64,000 nucleotides of DNA from an uncultured candidate division Zixibacteria bacterium (GTDB lineage Bacteria > Zixibacteria > MSB-5A5 > GN15 > FEB-12), in NCBI GenBank assembly GCA_963735035.1, contig CAVTJJ010000004.1, forward strand, positions 832,001 through 896,000, read 5' to 3'. Below are positions 44,165 to 54,395 of this stretch, piece after piece. The number at the start of each line of letters is the position of its first letter. Position 1 is the stretch's first letter. Below the pieces are notes generated by a model. That model did no database searches and had not been told where the DNA came from. It saw nothing but the letters and a program-made list of their open reading frames with translations. The position numbers were made by a program, and so were the translations under genes.

Positions 44165-45373
44165 TTACTTCCAGAGCGATTGGACGAGACCGGACATCGA
44201 GAAGAGAGCGCGCGGGTCAGCGGTTTCGGAGGCCAGACCGGCCAGTTGCTCCTGCAAGTGCGGGCTGTTGCGGATTCTTCGGGCCACCAGATCGACCGCC
44301 CAAGGCCGCGAGAACCATTTCTCGGCGATTGTATAGCCGAGATATCGAGGGCGAAGTTCGGTTTCGACACCCGTTGGGTACTCGTTCAGGGCTGATAGAT
44401 CGCCGAATTGAAGCACGCGTTTGATTGACTCAGCCGCAATCAACGCCGACTGCATCGCCTTGCCGATCCCTTCGCCGGTGAACGGAAAGGTGGTGCCGAT
44501 GACTTCGCCGATGCAGACCACGTTGTCTTTGACGATCTGACGCCAGCCATCGAGGCCGCACCGGAATGGCGCGCCCTGAAAATCGCTGACAAGGCGTCCT
44601 CGTGCGGCAACTTCACGGGCGATTGGAAAGTTGGCCAGAAATGATTCGGTGGTGGCGCGAAGGTTATCGCTGGGTTCGTTCTCCTTGCTGAACAGATGGC
44701 CACACCCAACGTTGAATAGATTCTTCTCCACGCGGAACACCCAGCCGTATCCGGGCAGAAGCGAACGATCGTATGAGAGGACGTTTTCTTCGAGCGGGTA
44801 GTCCGATTGGATATAAGCCCGCATCGCCACGGCGCTCGGGGCGCGACGTTCGATCAGACCGAGTTTGTCAGCCAGATGCACCGACGCTCCTGTGGCGATT
44901 ACGACTACCTGGGCAAGCAACGGCTCGGTGCGCTCTTGCACGTACACTTCGGCAGGACCTTTCGGCGATGCTTTGATGTCCACGACTCTGGCTTTGGCGA
45001 AAGTCGCCCCGGCTTCGATCTCCGCCTGGAGCAGCACCTGGTCGAAATCGCGACGCTTGATCCCGAGGTATTCGCAGCGGATCAGGAAATCGATTCGGCC
45101 AGGGCTGAAAACGCGGATGCCTTTACTGGCGAGGGCGAGCGGGCGGATGCGTTCGAGCAGGCCCAGTTGGGCGAGGACCTTGAGCGAGTCGGGGAGAAGT
45201 TGGTCGCCGCAGATTTTGTCGCGGGGGAAATCGAACTTGTCGAGAACGAGGACACTGTGTCCGGCGCGGGCGAGGGCAAGGGCACACACCGCCCCGGCCG
45301 GTCCGGCCCCGATGACGATGGCGGGCCAGGGGTGGCTGATTGGATTCCCCGCGTTCACTGCGAAATCATCCAC
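44165..45373 (-). CDS. Geranylgeranyl reductase-family FAD oxidoreductase
   Basis: GAGPAG, FPRDKICGD, PGYGWVF, PFTGEGIGKA. Confidence 0.88.
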   Translation of the reverse strand: MDDFAVNAGNPISHPWPAIVIGAGPAGAVCALALARAGHSVLVLDKFDFPRDKICGDQLLPDSLKVLAQLGLLERIRPLALASKGIRVFSPGRIDFLIRCEYLGIKRRDFDQVLLQAEIEAGATFAKARVVDIKASPKGPAEVYVQERTEPLLAQVVVIATGASVHLADKLGLIERRAPSAVAMRAYIQSDYPLEENVLSYDRSLLPGYGWVFRVEKNLFNVGCGHLFSKENEPSDNLRATTESFLANFPIAREVAARGRLVSDFQGAPFRCGLDGWRQIVKDNVVCIGEVIGTTFPFTGEGIGKAMQSALIAAESIKRVLQFGDLSALNEYPTGVETELRPRYLGYTIAEKWFSRPWAVDLVARRIRNSPHLQEQLAGLASETADPRALFSMSGLVQSLWK

Positions 45374-46219
45374 TCACTTCACCAATGACCGCAATACTTT
45401 CAGGTTTTCGATGTCCTCAGTCACGTCGTCTTCCTTCGGTGTCTCCAGAACCATCGGCACCTTCGCGAGTCGTTTATCGTTCACAAGATTCCGGAACCCT
45501 TCCAGACCGATATGTCCCTTCCCAATATGCTCGTGCCGGTCCTTTTTCGAACCGAACTCTTTCATGCTGTCGTTGACATGCACGACCCGAAGACGCTCCA
45601 GCCCGATGATCTCATCGAACTGCTTCATCGTCTTCTTATAATCTTTCGGGTCGATTATCGGATACCCGGCCGCAAAGATGTGACAGGTGTCGAGACAGAC
45701 CCCCACGCGCGCCTTGTCTTCGACCTTGTCGATCATATAGGCCAACTGTTCGAAAGTGCAGCCGAGATTGCTTCCCTGACCGGCCGTGGTTTCCAACAGA
45801 AGCATGACTTTGCCATTCGGAATGGCGGCGAAAATCTTATTCATGTTTTCGGCGATCCGGTTCATGCCCGGTTCTTCGCCCGTGCCGACATGCGATCCCG
45901 GATGAAACACCAGGTTGGGGATCTTCAGCGTTTCGCATCGCTCGACTTCTTCTTTGAGGGCCAGATACGACTTCTCGTTCAAGGCCGGGTCGGGGGAGGC
46001 GATATTGATCAGGTAGCTGGTGTGCGACACCGAAGCGGTCACGCCGGTCTCTTCGATCTGGCGGAAGAACTCGTCGATTTCCTTCGTCCCGAGCGGTTTG
46101 GCGCGCCACTGGTTGCTCGATTTGTTGAACATCTGGACCGTGTCGCAGGTCGCTTTCTGGCCGAGGATGATGGCGTTGAAGACACCGCCGGCGATTGATT
46201 CATGGGCTCCGAAAATCAT
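45374..46219 (-). CDS. nfo: Endonuclease IV
   Basis: GAHESIAGG, HPGSH, ETTAGQG, CLDTCH, HVNDS, DRHEHIG, LETP. Confidence 0.97.
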   Translation of the reverse strand: MIFGAHESIAGGVFNAIILGQKATCDTVQMFNKSSNQWRAKPLGTKEIDEFFRQIEETGVTASVSHTSYLINIASPDPALNEKSYLALKEEVERCETLKIPNLVFHPGSHVGTGEEPGMNRIAENMNKIFAAIPNGKVMLLLETTAGQGSNLGCTFEQLAYMIDKVEDKARVGVCLDTCHIFAAGYPIIDPKDYKKTMKQFDEIIGLERLRVVHVNDSMKEFGSKKDRHEHIGKGHIGLEGFRNLVNDKRLAKVPMVLETPKEDDVTEDIENLKVLRSLVK

Positions 46220-46408
46220 ACTGCCTCTTTGTTTTCACACGCGCTTTGTTCTTGATACGCAACAAACATAGACCAAGTCGAGTTCAAACACAATTGGGTA
46301 GAAACCACTTTCTGGTCTCACGGGGCAGGCTAGGCGACGGGTGTGGCGGATGTGTGGAACTTCTTTATGAGATCTTGGCCCACCGCTGTTCATTCCGCAA
46401 GAAAGTAC

Positions 46409-46436
46409 TTGACAAAATCCTCTCCCCGCATAGACT
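46409..46436 (+). promoter_or_regulatory. Sigma70-type promoter
   Basis: TTGACA-16-TAGACT. Confidence 0.55.
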
Positions 46437-46714
46437 TAGAGCGGAATCAATAGTGATGGCGCCAGAGGGCAGTTCCTCTTGAAAGGCGCCGGGGTTCGAT
46501 TTAATAAGTTGGTATAGACGAAGTGGGCTCTTCTCGCTAGGGATCGGGTGACTGGACCGAACATCGGTTCGTTTCCCGTGTGGAATTTGTGCACTGTGCG
46601 GAGCCGAGGGAGCCTGCATAACAGAGGTGCATACTCTTATGTTGCAAGCACGCCCGCGCAATTCCTCACAATTCGCGACGGGGCAACCGCAACCCTTCAC
46701 CGCATGGAGGATTC

Positions 46715-46792
46715 ATGCTCTACTGGATGCTCAAGTTTGGGGTCGTTATTGGCCTCTTCCTGCTCGATCACCCGTGGGGCGGCGACTACTAG
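46715..46792 (+). CDS. Putative 25-aa hydrophobic peptide MLYWMLKFGVVIGLFLLDHPWGGDY
   Basis: GGAGG RBS 4 nt before ATG; too short for the ORF track. Confidence 0.5.
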   Translation: MLYWMLKFGVVIGLFLLDHPWGGDY

Positions 46793-46858
46793 TCGCTCCT
46801 CGTTTCGCCTCCACCGGACACGCTGGTGGAGGTACCTACACTTGAAAGCAGGGTAGAT

Positions 46859-47716
46859 ATGGGCGGAATTCGCACGCGCGTCGCGCTGAAGACAAACACA
46901 ATTGTTATTATAGCAACTATGGTTGTCATGGCGTTGCTCCTGTTGGCGCCGATCGCCCGGGCTCAGGATGATGGGCGGAATAAGAGAGGCTGGGATGTAG
47001 ATATGAGCGAGCCTCCGCCGCCTGGCAATCCACCGAACCCGTCCAAGAAGCCGCTGAGTAATATCAGACCTTTCGCTTTCCTATTCTATCAGCCTTGCGA
47101 GCCTATGGGTGATAGGTTGGGCAACTCTGGAAGATGGTCGTTCGACATCTTGAGCGCTTACACATCGGTTGGATATGAGCACAGCGAGTCTGACTCACTA
47201 GTCGTTATAAAGCTGCAGCCGCGAAGCAGGGTCACACAGGATGCGCGAATCTGTTTTCCTGCGAAGCCATTTACTTTGCGCGTAATTCTTGTCCGAGATA
47301 CCGCTGTGTTCCAGATGGATTTGACCGCTGGGACGTTCGTCTACATTGACACCTCGAGGCTTTTACGCGTAGAGTCGCCGAAAGCAATTCCGGATGGCAT
47401 CGTCACAATGCAATTGACGGATAGTGATAAAGAGAGGGCCAGGGATTTCGCGAAGCAGGTCATTGAGAAATATGGCTCAGGTGTTGAACAATTTGTGCTT
47501 AGCGAAGGATATTATCCGTGTTTGCCCACACCGGGCATTCAGCGCACAAATATTGGCCGGAAGCAACTGCTCAATGAAACTGAGCAGGGATACCTTGTTT
47601 GTTTCCAGATAGTCGACCAGTCCCAGATGGCAGCAGTATCTACGTGGTTTGGAGAACAGCAGCTCGATGAACTCAAACGGGCAGCCAGTGAGCAGATTGG
47701 GATGAAAGGAAGGTAG
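46859..47716 (+). CDS. Hypothetical exported protein
   Basis: Signal peptide ending ARA, Pro-rich linker. Confidence 0.65.
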   Translation: MGGIRTRVALKTNTIVIIATMVVMALLLLAPIARAQDDGRNKRGWDVDMSEPPPPGNPPNPSKKPLSNIRPFAFLFYQPCEPMGDRLGNSGRWSFDILSAYTSVGYEHSESDSLVVIKLQPRSRVTQDARICFPAKPFTLRVILVRDTAVFQMDLTAGTFVYIDTSRLLRVESPKAIPDGIVTMQLTDSDKERARDFAKQVIEKYGSGVEQFVLSEGYYPCLPTPGIQRTNIGRKQLLNETEQGYLVCFQIVDQSQMAAVSTWFGEQQLDELKRAASEQIGMKGR

Positions 47717-47760
47717 CTACGAATACAGGCGATCAACGGGACTGCGGTTGTTCGAGCTTG

Positions 47761-48519
47761 ATGATCATGAAGCTCAGTCTCTTGGTCAGTATAATGCTGG
47801 TCTTTGGAATATCTGCAGCGCCTGTCGATCTTCAGGACAATAGCCGCGCAAGAGTCCGTGTTCCCGATGTCCAGTTAGTTCCGGCGCCGCCCGTGACCTG
47901 TAACAACTTTGAAGTAGTTGTAAACCAGAATTGCACGACCGGTGCAATGCAATTCATCGTCCGATGCGAACAGAATCTTGCCCCTTATGAGTCCAACGTG
48001 TCGGGAGATACGGTCTACGTCTGTTTGCTGCGTGAAGGAGCGCCAATAACGCCGTTTTCCGTACAGGTGACGGCAGATGTCGAGCGGCCGATCAGAATCT
48101 TCCCCTTATGCGTGGTCTTCGAGAACGATACGGTATGGTACGCCTTGGATTACAGTGCCGATTCGATCCATGTAGAGCAGATTGATGGCGGAGGATTTGT
48201 CAGAGTCCGGACCGCTTCCTCTTTGCCGGTTGGCACGTTATCGGAATATATAGTCTGCGCCAGGAAGGCCGGTCCGACGGACATCCAAAGAAAGATCAAG
48301 TCTATTAACGAGAGACTGAAAGGCATCGGGCGGTGTGTTGTTCTTCCACCCGATTTCTATCGATGCTTCGCCGAGCGAGTCGATACAACCCAACTGGCCC
48401 GGAAAGAGATGATTAATCTGATTGGAGCGCAAAGGGTGATCTTCATTGAACTGCAACAACCCAATAATGAGTCTCGCGAACAGGCGCTTCGCATTATCAG
48501 CGAAGTCAACGGCCGGTAG
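47761..48519 (+). CDS. Hypothetical exported protein
   Basis: Signal peptide; loosely similar C-terminal layout to the previous ORF. Confidence 0.65.
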   Translation: MIMKLSLLVSIMLVFGISAAPVDLQDNSRARVRVPDVQLVPAPPVTCNNFEVVVNQNCTTGAMQFIVRCEQNLAPYESNVSGDTVYVCLLREGAPITPFSVQVTADVERPIRIFPLCVVFENDTVWYALDYSADSIHVEQIDGGGFVRVRTASSLPVGTLSEYIVCARKAGPTDIQRKIKSINERLKGIGRCVVLPPDFYRCFAERVDTTQLARKEMINLIGAQRVIFIELQQPNNESREQALRIISEVNGR

Positions 48520-48550
48520 ACAATATTGCGATGTGCCGAGGTGACAATGT

Positions 48551-49654
48551 ATGAGACGGGCTTCGGAAATTGAGACGTTTCTGGAACAGATATTCCGGCC
48601 GACGGCAGTGTTTGGTGCCAGGGTTCTCACTCCGTTGGCCGCTCGCTTCAGAATTCTTCCCTGGCCGCAAATGACAATCTGGAGGCGCTATTGCCGATGG
48701 TTGCTTGCCGACGAAGTATCAAACGCCCGCGGCCTGTCTCAACGAGCATCCTATCAGAGAATAGTGATTTCCGCCCAGGTGGGAATCGGGCTGGTGGCGG
48801 CTATAATTGTCCTGATTGGTTATCTCCAACAACCGGAAATGGTGTCTCTTATGACCCAGCAACCCGTCACCCTTTGGAACCTGCGCGTTCCGGATAAGTC
48901 TAAGGCGGTCGCCGAATCATATCCAGGTGCCAGGCACAATATACCTCGCGATGAAAGACGAAATGGGTTTCTCGGCTTCGTGAACCTATCACCACAAGAG
49001 ACAAACCATGTTCCTGTGCCACAGGCACCGGCCCTTTCGGATATCTATAGGACTGAGCCCGACACTACTTTTCTGGCTGACCAGCCGGTTTCCTATTCGC
49101 CGTTCGACGGGGAATTGGATACAGTAATCATTCCGGCGAATGCAGTGTACCTTGATTCTCAGTTTGAACCGGCCCTGGCGCTGATAAATCAACCGCCATA
49201 CATAGTGAACAAGGAGGACCCGGCGTTTCCAGAAATATATCGGATGGACACTCTCATCGAGGGCTTTGTGTCTTTCACTGTGTCGATCGATGATCATGGC
49301 AAGATGGCTCGATTCGTACCAGTGCTTCCTGAAGGCAAGGCGCTTGACACGGTTTGGTACTTTGTCCAGGCAGAGTTCATTCGAGGCGGAAGAGCTAGTA
49401 GGGATGGTACTCGGACTTTCGGCGAATGGAAGATTGCTCACGACACTTATTTTGCGAGGAATATCGAAAAAGTCATACGGAATTGGGTATTTGGGCCCGC
49501 ACTTAAGGATAGTCGTCCCGTTAGTGGAGACTTGACCCTGGCCTACTACTTCTGCCTTGAATATCCTGATTGCGCTGAATTGACGCTGGATGCTATGATC
49601 GGTGAATTTGCTACCACGCTCAAACAAGTTCCCCGAGGAGATCGTGGGAAATGA
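48551..49654 (+). CDS. TonB C-terminal-like membrane-anchored protein
   Basis: TM, Pro-rich spacer, EGFVSFTVSIDDHG...WVFGPALKDSRPV. Confidence 0.55.
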   Translation: MRRASEIETFLEQIFRPTAVFGARVLTPLAARFRILPWPQMTIWRRYCRWLLADEVSNARGLSQRASYQRIVISAQVGIGLVAAIIVLIGYLQQPEMVSLMTQQPVTLWNLRVPDKSKAVAESYPGARHNIPRDERRNGFLGFVNLSPQETNHVPVPQAPALSDIYRTEPDTTFLADQPVSYSPFDGELDTVIIPANAVYLDSQFEPALALINQPPYIVNKEDPAFPEIYRMDTLIEGFVSFTVSIDDHGKMARFVPVLPEGKALDTVWYFVQAEFIRGGRASRDGTRTFGEWKIAHDTYFARNIEKVIRNWVFGPALKDSRPVSGDLTLAYYFCLEYPDCAELTLDAMIGEFATTLKQVPRGDRGK

Positions 49655-50453
49655 ACAGCGATTTGCAGCGTCGCTACCAACCGAACATGCTTCTTGGCCA
49701 CCTGATCGTGGCAGGCCTTGCGGTCGCCCTGGCGCTTGGCCTGAAATTCCAAGGCGAAGATCAGGTGACCATTCCCGTCACTCCGCGTACACTTGCTGAC
49801 CTCATTCAAAGTGATCGGCTTCGGGCTGAAGGTCGGGAGGGGAGACAAGGCAGCGTACCGGGATTCAGTGGGGGATTTTTCAGGAATCTCGTGACTATTC
49901 CAGATGGGTCGGTTGAGGTGACGCATTTCACTGTTCCGTCACCCGTTGTGTCTATTGCCGCACTATCGCCGGTTATGCTGGATAGTGGTCCGGTCCTGAA
50001 CGAAGGCCCTGAATTTGGCAAAGGTTCAGACGATGGTAATTACGGGTTCCCAGAAGCGTCTGTCGCGTACGCGGGATTGTCAACGAGCTCGGGAATCTAT
50101 GACTATCCCCGAACGTACCGTCACTCCCCCAAAGCCCGATCAGTTGGCCGTGATCAGTGACTTTGCGGATCCCATACCACCACGAAAAGCGCGGGGCGTG
50201 CGAGGCTCGGTTCAAGTCCAGTTTACCATTACTGAACAAGGTGAGCTCCGGAACTTTCGTCGTCCTGGCGGAAGACCCAAAGGGTCTGGGTCTGAGCCGG
50301 GCGCTTATCCAGCGACTTAACGATTGCAGTGTCTTTCCTTGTGTGAAGGGTGGTAAGAACGTGCCAACCACAATTACTTTCACGTATGAATACGGGACGA
50401 CTGGCGCTCAAGCGTTGAGCGTGACCGGAGATGTCAGCCTGACGATGCGGTAG
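49651..50453 (+). pseudogene. Energy transducer TonB-like gene with two +1 frameshifts
   Basis: TonB_C pieces GSVQVQFTITEQGEL and EDPKGLGL...PCVKGG in different frames; shifts near 50107 (cccc) and 50255 (ttt). Confidence 0.65.
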
Positions 50454-50785
50454 CAGATTCCCATTTCGAATCGGGGGGCAATTTTCACTGACAGCCCCTG
50501 TCAGTGCGTAATCTTATCCTGGCTGTCAAAGGGCGAGGCGTGGCGGTTTTCGGATCGGTCAGGCGGCTCGGTTCGAGATCACCACGGCCCCGCCCACTAG
50601 TAAGAGAGAAAGCGGTCTGAAGCGACGTGCCCGGCCCGCCGGCATAAGTCACCCTGAGCCTGTCGAAGGGTGCCTGCGAAACGGCCATGAGTAAGGCCTC
50701 GACCCTTCGGCAAGCTTAGGGCAGGCGGAGCTCAGCCTGACTTGGCGGTCGATGCCACTCTTGGTAAGATACCATAGGAGCGAAT

Positions 50786-51205
50786 ATGAAAACCAATATC
50801 ATGATTCGGGATACCGAAATTGCCGTTACAAAAATTCTGGGGCTTATTACCGAAGGCTATTCGTACAGCCAGATTCTCGACGCCAACCCGAAACTGATCA
50901 TGAGTGATATCATGGCCGCCGCCGAACTGGCCCGTCAGGTGATCGACGGGCTGAAAGACGATCAGGATCAGATCGAGATTCATCACGAAATCCGTTTTGC
51001 CTTTTCCCGCGGACAGTTCCTGACAATGGCCAAACTTCGCGAAAAACACCCGCGAGCGTACGTCGAATGGACCCCCCGCGAAGACGAGCGTCTGGCCGCG
51101 ATGTACCAGAAGGGGGCGACCGTCTACGATATCGCCAAACAGCACCAGCGTCAGCCGGGGGCGATTCATGCCCGACTGGTGCGTCTGAACCTGCTCAAGG
51201 AATAG
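50786..51205 (+). CDS. DUF433-like plus HTH protein
   Basis: ILGLITEGYSYSQILDANP; WTPREDERL...IAKQHQRQPGAIHARL. Confidence 0.7.
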   Translation: MKTNIMIRDTEIAVTKILGLITEGYSYSQILDANPKLIMSDIMAAAELARQVIDGLKDDQDQIEIHHEIRFAFSRGQFLTMAKLREKHPRAYVEWTPREDERLAAMYQKGATVYDIAKQHQRQPGAIHARLVRLNLLKE

Positions 51206-51477
51206 ATGCTCTATTCATCTTCAATGTTCTCGGTAGCCGGTGTGGGGAGCGTCCCATACCTGTGGGTGGGTACCGACGAAACCCCAATAGTATTGTATAA
51301 GCCGATCTATCGGGTACCCCTCTGCGATTTCCGTCAAGTTCACTGAGGGAGGGCAAGCTGTTTGAGCCCAGCACGTTAGCGTGGCGAAGTTCCCTGCATA
51401 CATATAGCGCTGCAGTCCGGCAAGCGCTTTACTTACCCCCTCATGGAAAATAGGCAAACGATTCAAAGGATCAGCAT

Positions 51478-51843
51478 ATGAAACTAAAGGTTCGGTTCAA
51501 TCAGCGCGGTATCTCGCTGCTGGAAGTGATGGTCGCAATGATCCTGACCAGCTTCTCACTTCTCATGCTCCTGCACATGGCGATGATCGCGCTGGACAGT
51601 AACGACTGGTCCAACAAAACGACGGTGGCCACCCAGGTCTTGCAGGAGAAGCTGGAGCAGCTTCGGGGCGGCGGAGCCGCAGTCCTCAACAGCGGGTCGG
51701 ACACGACCCAGGGACTGACGCGCACGTGGACGGTTACTACGATGAACGCCCACTTACGGCGAGTGGACGTTCAGGTGGCGTGGAATAACATCAATGCCGA
51801 GCAACACACCAACACCCTTACGGCGTATATCACGACCGAGTAA
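51478..51843 (+). CDS. PilV-like minor type IV pilin
   Basis: Prepilin motif RG/ISLLEVMVA. Confidence 0.85.
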   Translation: MKLKVRFNQRGISLLEVMVAMILTSFSLLMLLHMAMIALDSNDWSNKTTVATQVLQEKLEQLRGGGAAVLNSGSDTTQGLTRTWTVTTMNAHLRRVDVQVAWNNINAEQHTNTLTAYITTE

Positions 51844-51857
51844 GTATAGAGGTAGTC

Positions 51858-52676
51858 ATGAACACCCTTATGATATCTTTGAGAAATGAACGGGGGACGT
51901 CGCTGCTCGAAGTCTTGATAGCTCTGGCCCTAACCGGCATCGTCACGCTGGCTATCATGAACACCTACGTTATCCAGCACGAAAACTATCTGGTGCAGGA
52001 TGACGTAACCACGATGCAGCAAAGCGCGCGGTCCGCGATCGACGAAATTACGCGCCAGGTCCGCATGGCCGGACATCACTTACCGATCGGATTGTCAGCT
52101 ATCGAGGCAGCCAACTGCAACCCGGACACGCTGACGGTCTCATATCATGGTAACGACTGCGAGACTTATCTGTCGGCTACCATGGCTACGACCACGGCGG
52201 AATTAGCCTGCGGCTCGGCGGTGAGCTGTTTCTCGGCCAACCAGTGGGTCTATATCTGGCAGCCGGACTCGGCCAAGGGCGAGTGGTTCCAGTTGTCCGG
52301 AGTTCAAACGGGCACCAACACCCTGCAGCATGCCACGGCTCCGTTGAGTCGCAAGTACGAGACTAATTCCCAGATACTGGCGCTCAATCGGGTCAAGTTC
52401 TACATCGACAACACGACCAACCCGGCCAACCCGACACTTATGGTCAAAGTCAACTATGACGAGGCCCAGCCGTATGCGGACCATGTTACGGATCTTCAAT
52501 TCCGCTACAAACTGGACAACGGTACCACGGTCGATGTCCCGCTATTGATTACGGATGTTCAAGAAGTACAAATATCGGTGACGGCAGAGTCCGGTCTGGT
52601 ACAGACCGGAGATCAAGCGACTGTCAAGGACCGAACCTATTCGTCTTCGGTCAGTCTTAGGAACATCGGCGTTTAA
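51858..52676 (+). CDS. PilW-like minor type IV pilin
   Basis: RG/TSLLEVLIA; MQQSAR...VRMAG; VSLRN. Confidence 0.85.
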   Translation: MNTLMISLRNERGTSLLEVLIALALTGIVTLAIMNTYVIQHENYLVQDDVTTMQQSARSAIDEITRQVRMAGHHLPIGLSAIEAANCNPDTLTVSYHGNDCETYLSATMATTTAELACGSAVSCFSANQWVYIWQPDSAKGEWFQLSGVQTGTNTLQHATAPLSRKYETNSQILALNRVKFYIDNTTNPANPTLMVKVNYDEAQPYADHVTDLQFRYKLDNGTTVDVPLLITDVQEVQISVTAESGLVQTGDQATVKDRTYSSSVSLRNIGV

Positions 52677-52690
52677 CTGGAGAGTATACG

Positions 52691-54337
52691 ATGTTTACAC
52701 GCAAACTCACTTCTGAAAGTGGTGTGGCCACCCTGATAGCGCTGCTGATGATCGGCATGCTGCTGTTGATCGGGCTGGCTGCGCTGACAACCAGTGATGA
52801 TGAGAGCCAGATCGCGGGTAATGAATGGCGCGAGATGAAGGCTTTTTATGCCGCCGAGGCGGGTCTCGAGGAAGCCATGTCGACCCTGCAGACGGAATAC
52901 GACAGCACGGGCGTACCGCCGGTCATCCTTCCGGGTGGAGACGAGACCATCAATGGCTGCGCGGTAAATTATGTATCCACGGACGACGGTGCTGCGGTCA
53001 TGCGTCCGCTGACCTCAGGTACCCTCGCCGGGCTTAATGCCCTGGTGAAGTCGTTCAGTGTTGACGCTACCGCGGTCGACGCGGCCGACGGGTCAAAGAT
53101 ACAGATGTCGGAGACATTCGAAGTGGCTCTGGTGCCGGTCTTCCAGTTCGCCGTGTTCTACGGTAACGACCTGGAAATCGCGCCAGGCGCCGACATGAGT
53201 CTGATTGGCCGCGTTCACAGTAACGGCAATTTGTACCTGCAGTCCAATACCACCTTGAATATGGACAGTTACGTGACGGCATCAGGTCACGTCTACCATG
53301 GTCGTAAGGGACCGGGCGCTGCCGGCGCGGGCGATGTCAGAATCAAGAACGCCCAGGGCAACTATGTTTCCATGAAGATGGGAAGCAACTGGATGGATGG
53401 CAACTACAGCAAATGGTACGATTCATCGCTGGGTCGCTGGGGCGGCCGACTGAAGGACACCGCTCATGGCCAGCAGCAATTGAACCTGCCGCTATCCAGC
53501 TCGGACGACCCGCATGCCATTATTGAGCGTGCCTCCGGCGGCAATACTGATTCTTATGAGAACAAGGCCACGCTGAAGATTATCGACGGTGTAGTGACAC
53601 GGTTGGCCGATGACGGTACCTGGCAGAACATAACGGCCGCCGTGACCGCTGACGGAACGTATAAGTACACGGTTGACAAGTTCACTGACCAGCGCGAAGG
53701 CAAAAAAGTGGACTGCACCGAGCTCGACATCGCCAAGATGTACGCCAATGGCTACGCGCCCAAGAACGGTGTGGTGTATTTTTCGGACGCCGTATCTGGC
53801 GGAACCGATTGGCCGGGTCTCCGGTTGCTCAACGGCTCGACTCTGAATGCGGGTCTGACAATCGCCTCAGAAAACCCGCTGTACACCAAGGGCAATTTCA
53901 ACTCGGTTAACAAGAAACCTGCGGCGCTGATGGCCGACGCGGTGACATTCCTGTCGGGTGCTTTCAACGACGCCAATAGCGCGGCCAGCAAGACATTGCG
54001 AGTGGCCACAGCTACGACCGTAAATGCGTCGTATTTGTCAGGAAACGTTAGCACAACCGCCACGGATTACAGCGGTGGTTTCGAAAACCTTCCGCGTTTC
54101 CTGGAGAAATGGACCGCAGTCAACTTCACCTGGAAGGGCTCGGCGGTTAACCTCTGGAATTCGGTTCAGGCGACCGGCATCTGGAACGGCAACTATTATG
54201 ATCCGCCGAACCGTCTCTGGAGCTATGACACCGATCTTAACGACCCTAACAAGCTCCCGCCGGAAGCCCCGACGATTCGGTTATTCCAACGGACTGGCTG
54301 GATGCAGCAGTTTGTCGGCTACGCCAAGAGCAACTAA
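52691..54337 (+). CDS. PilX-like protein
   Basis: SG/VATLIALL without E5; AFYAAEAGLE; GRVHSNG. Confidence 0.8.
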   Translation: MFTRKLTSESGVATLIALLMIGMLLLIGLAALTTSDDESQIAGNEWREMKAFYAAEAGLEEAMSTLQTEYDSTGVPPVILPGGDETINGCAVNYVSTDDGAAVMRPLTSGTLAGLNALVKSFSVDATAVDAADGSKIQMSETFEVALVPVFQFAVFYGNDLEIAPGADMSLIGRVHSNGNLYLQSNTTLNMDSYVTASGHVYHGRKGPGAAGAGDVRIKNAQGNYVSMKMGSNWMDGNYSKWYDSSLGRWGGRLKDTAHGQQQLNLPLSSSDDPHAIIERASGGNTDSYENKATLKIIDGVVTRLADDGTWQNITAAVTADGTYKYTVDKFTDQREGKKVDCTELDIAKMYANGYAPKNGVVYFSDAVSGGTDWPGLRLLNGSTLNAGLTIASENPLYTKGNFNSVNKKPAALMADAVTFLSGAFNDANSAASKTLRVATATTVNASYLSGNVSTTATDYSGGFENLPRFLEKWTAVNFTWKGSAVNLWNSVQATGIWNGNYYDPPNRLWSYDTDLNDPNKLPPEAPTIRLFQRTGWMQQFVGYAKSN

Positions 54338-54395
54338 GGGCAGTTGCTGAGGCGATAAGATCGGATGATAGTTCGTCGGGTAAGGCGTCGCCCGC

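Noticed and set aside
46826..50453. Prophage or integrative island
   Set aside because: No integrase, phage genes, tRNA or att repeats seen
51380..51477. c-di-GMP-I riboswitch or sigma54 promoter upstream of the pilins
   Set aside because: GGCAAAC present but the second stem is missing; GG-GC spacing is 11, not 10
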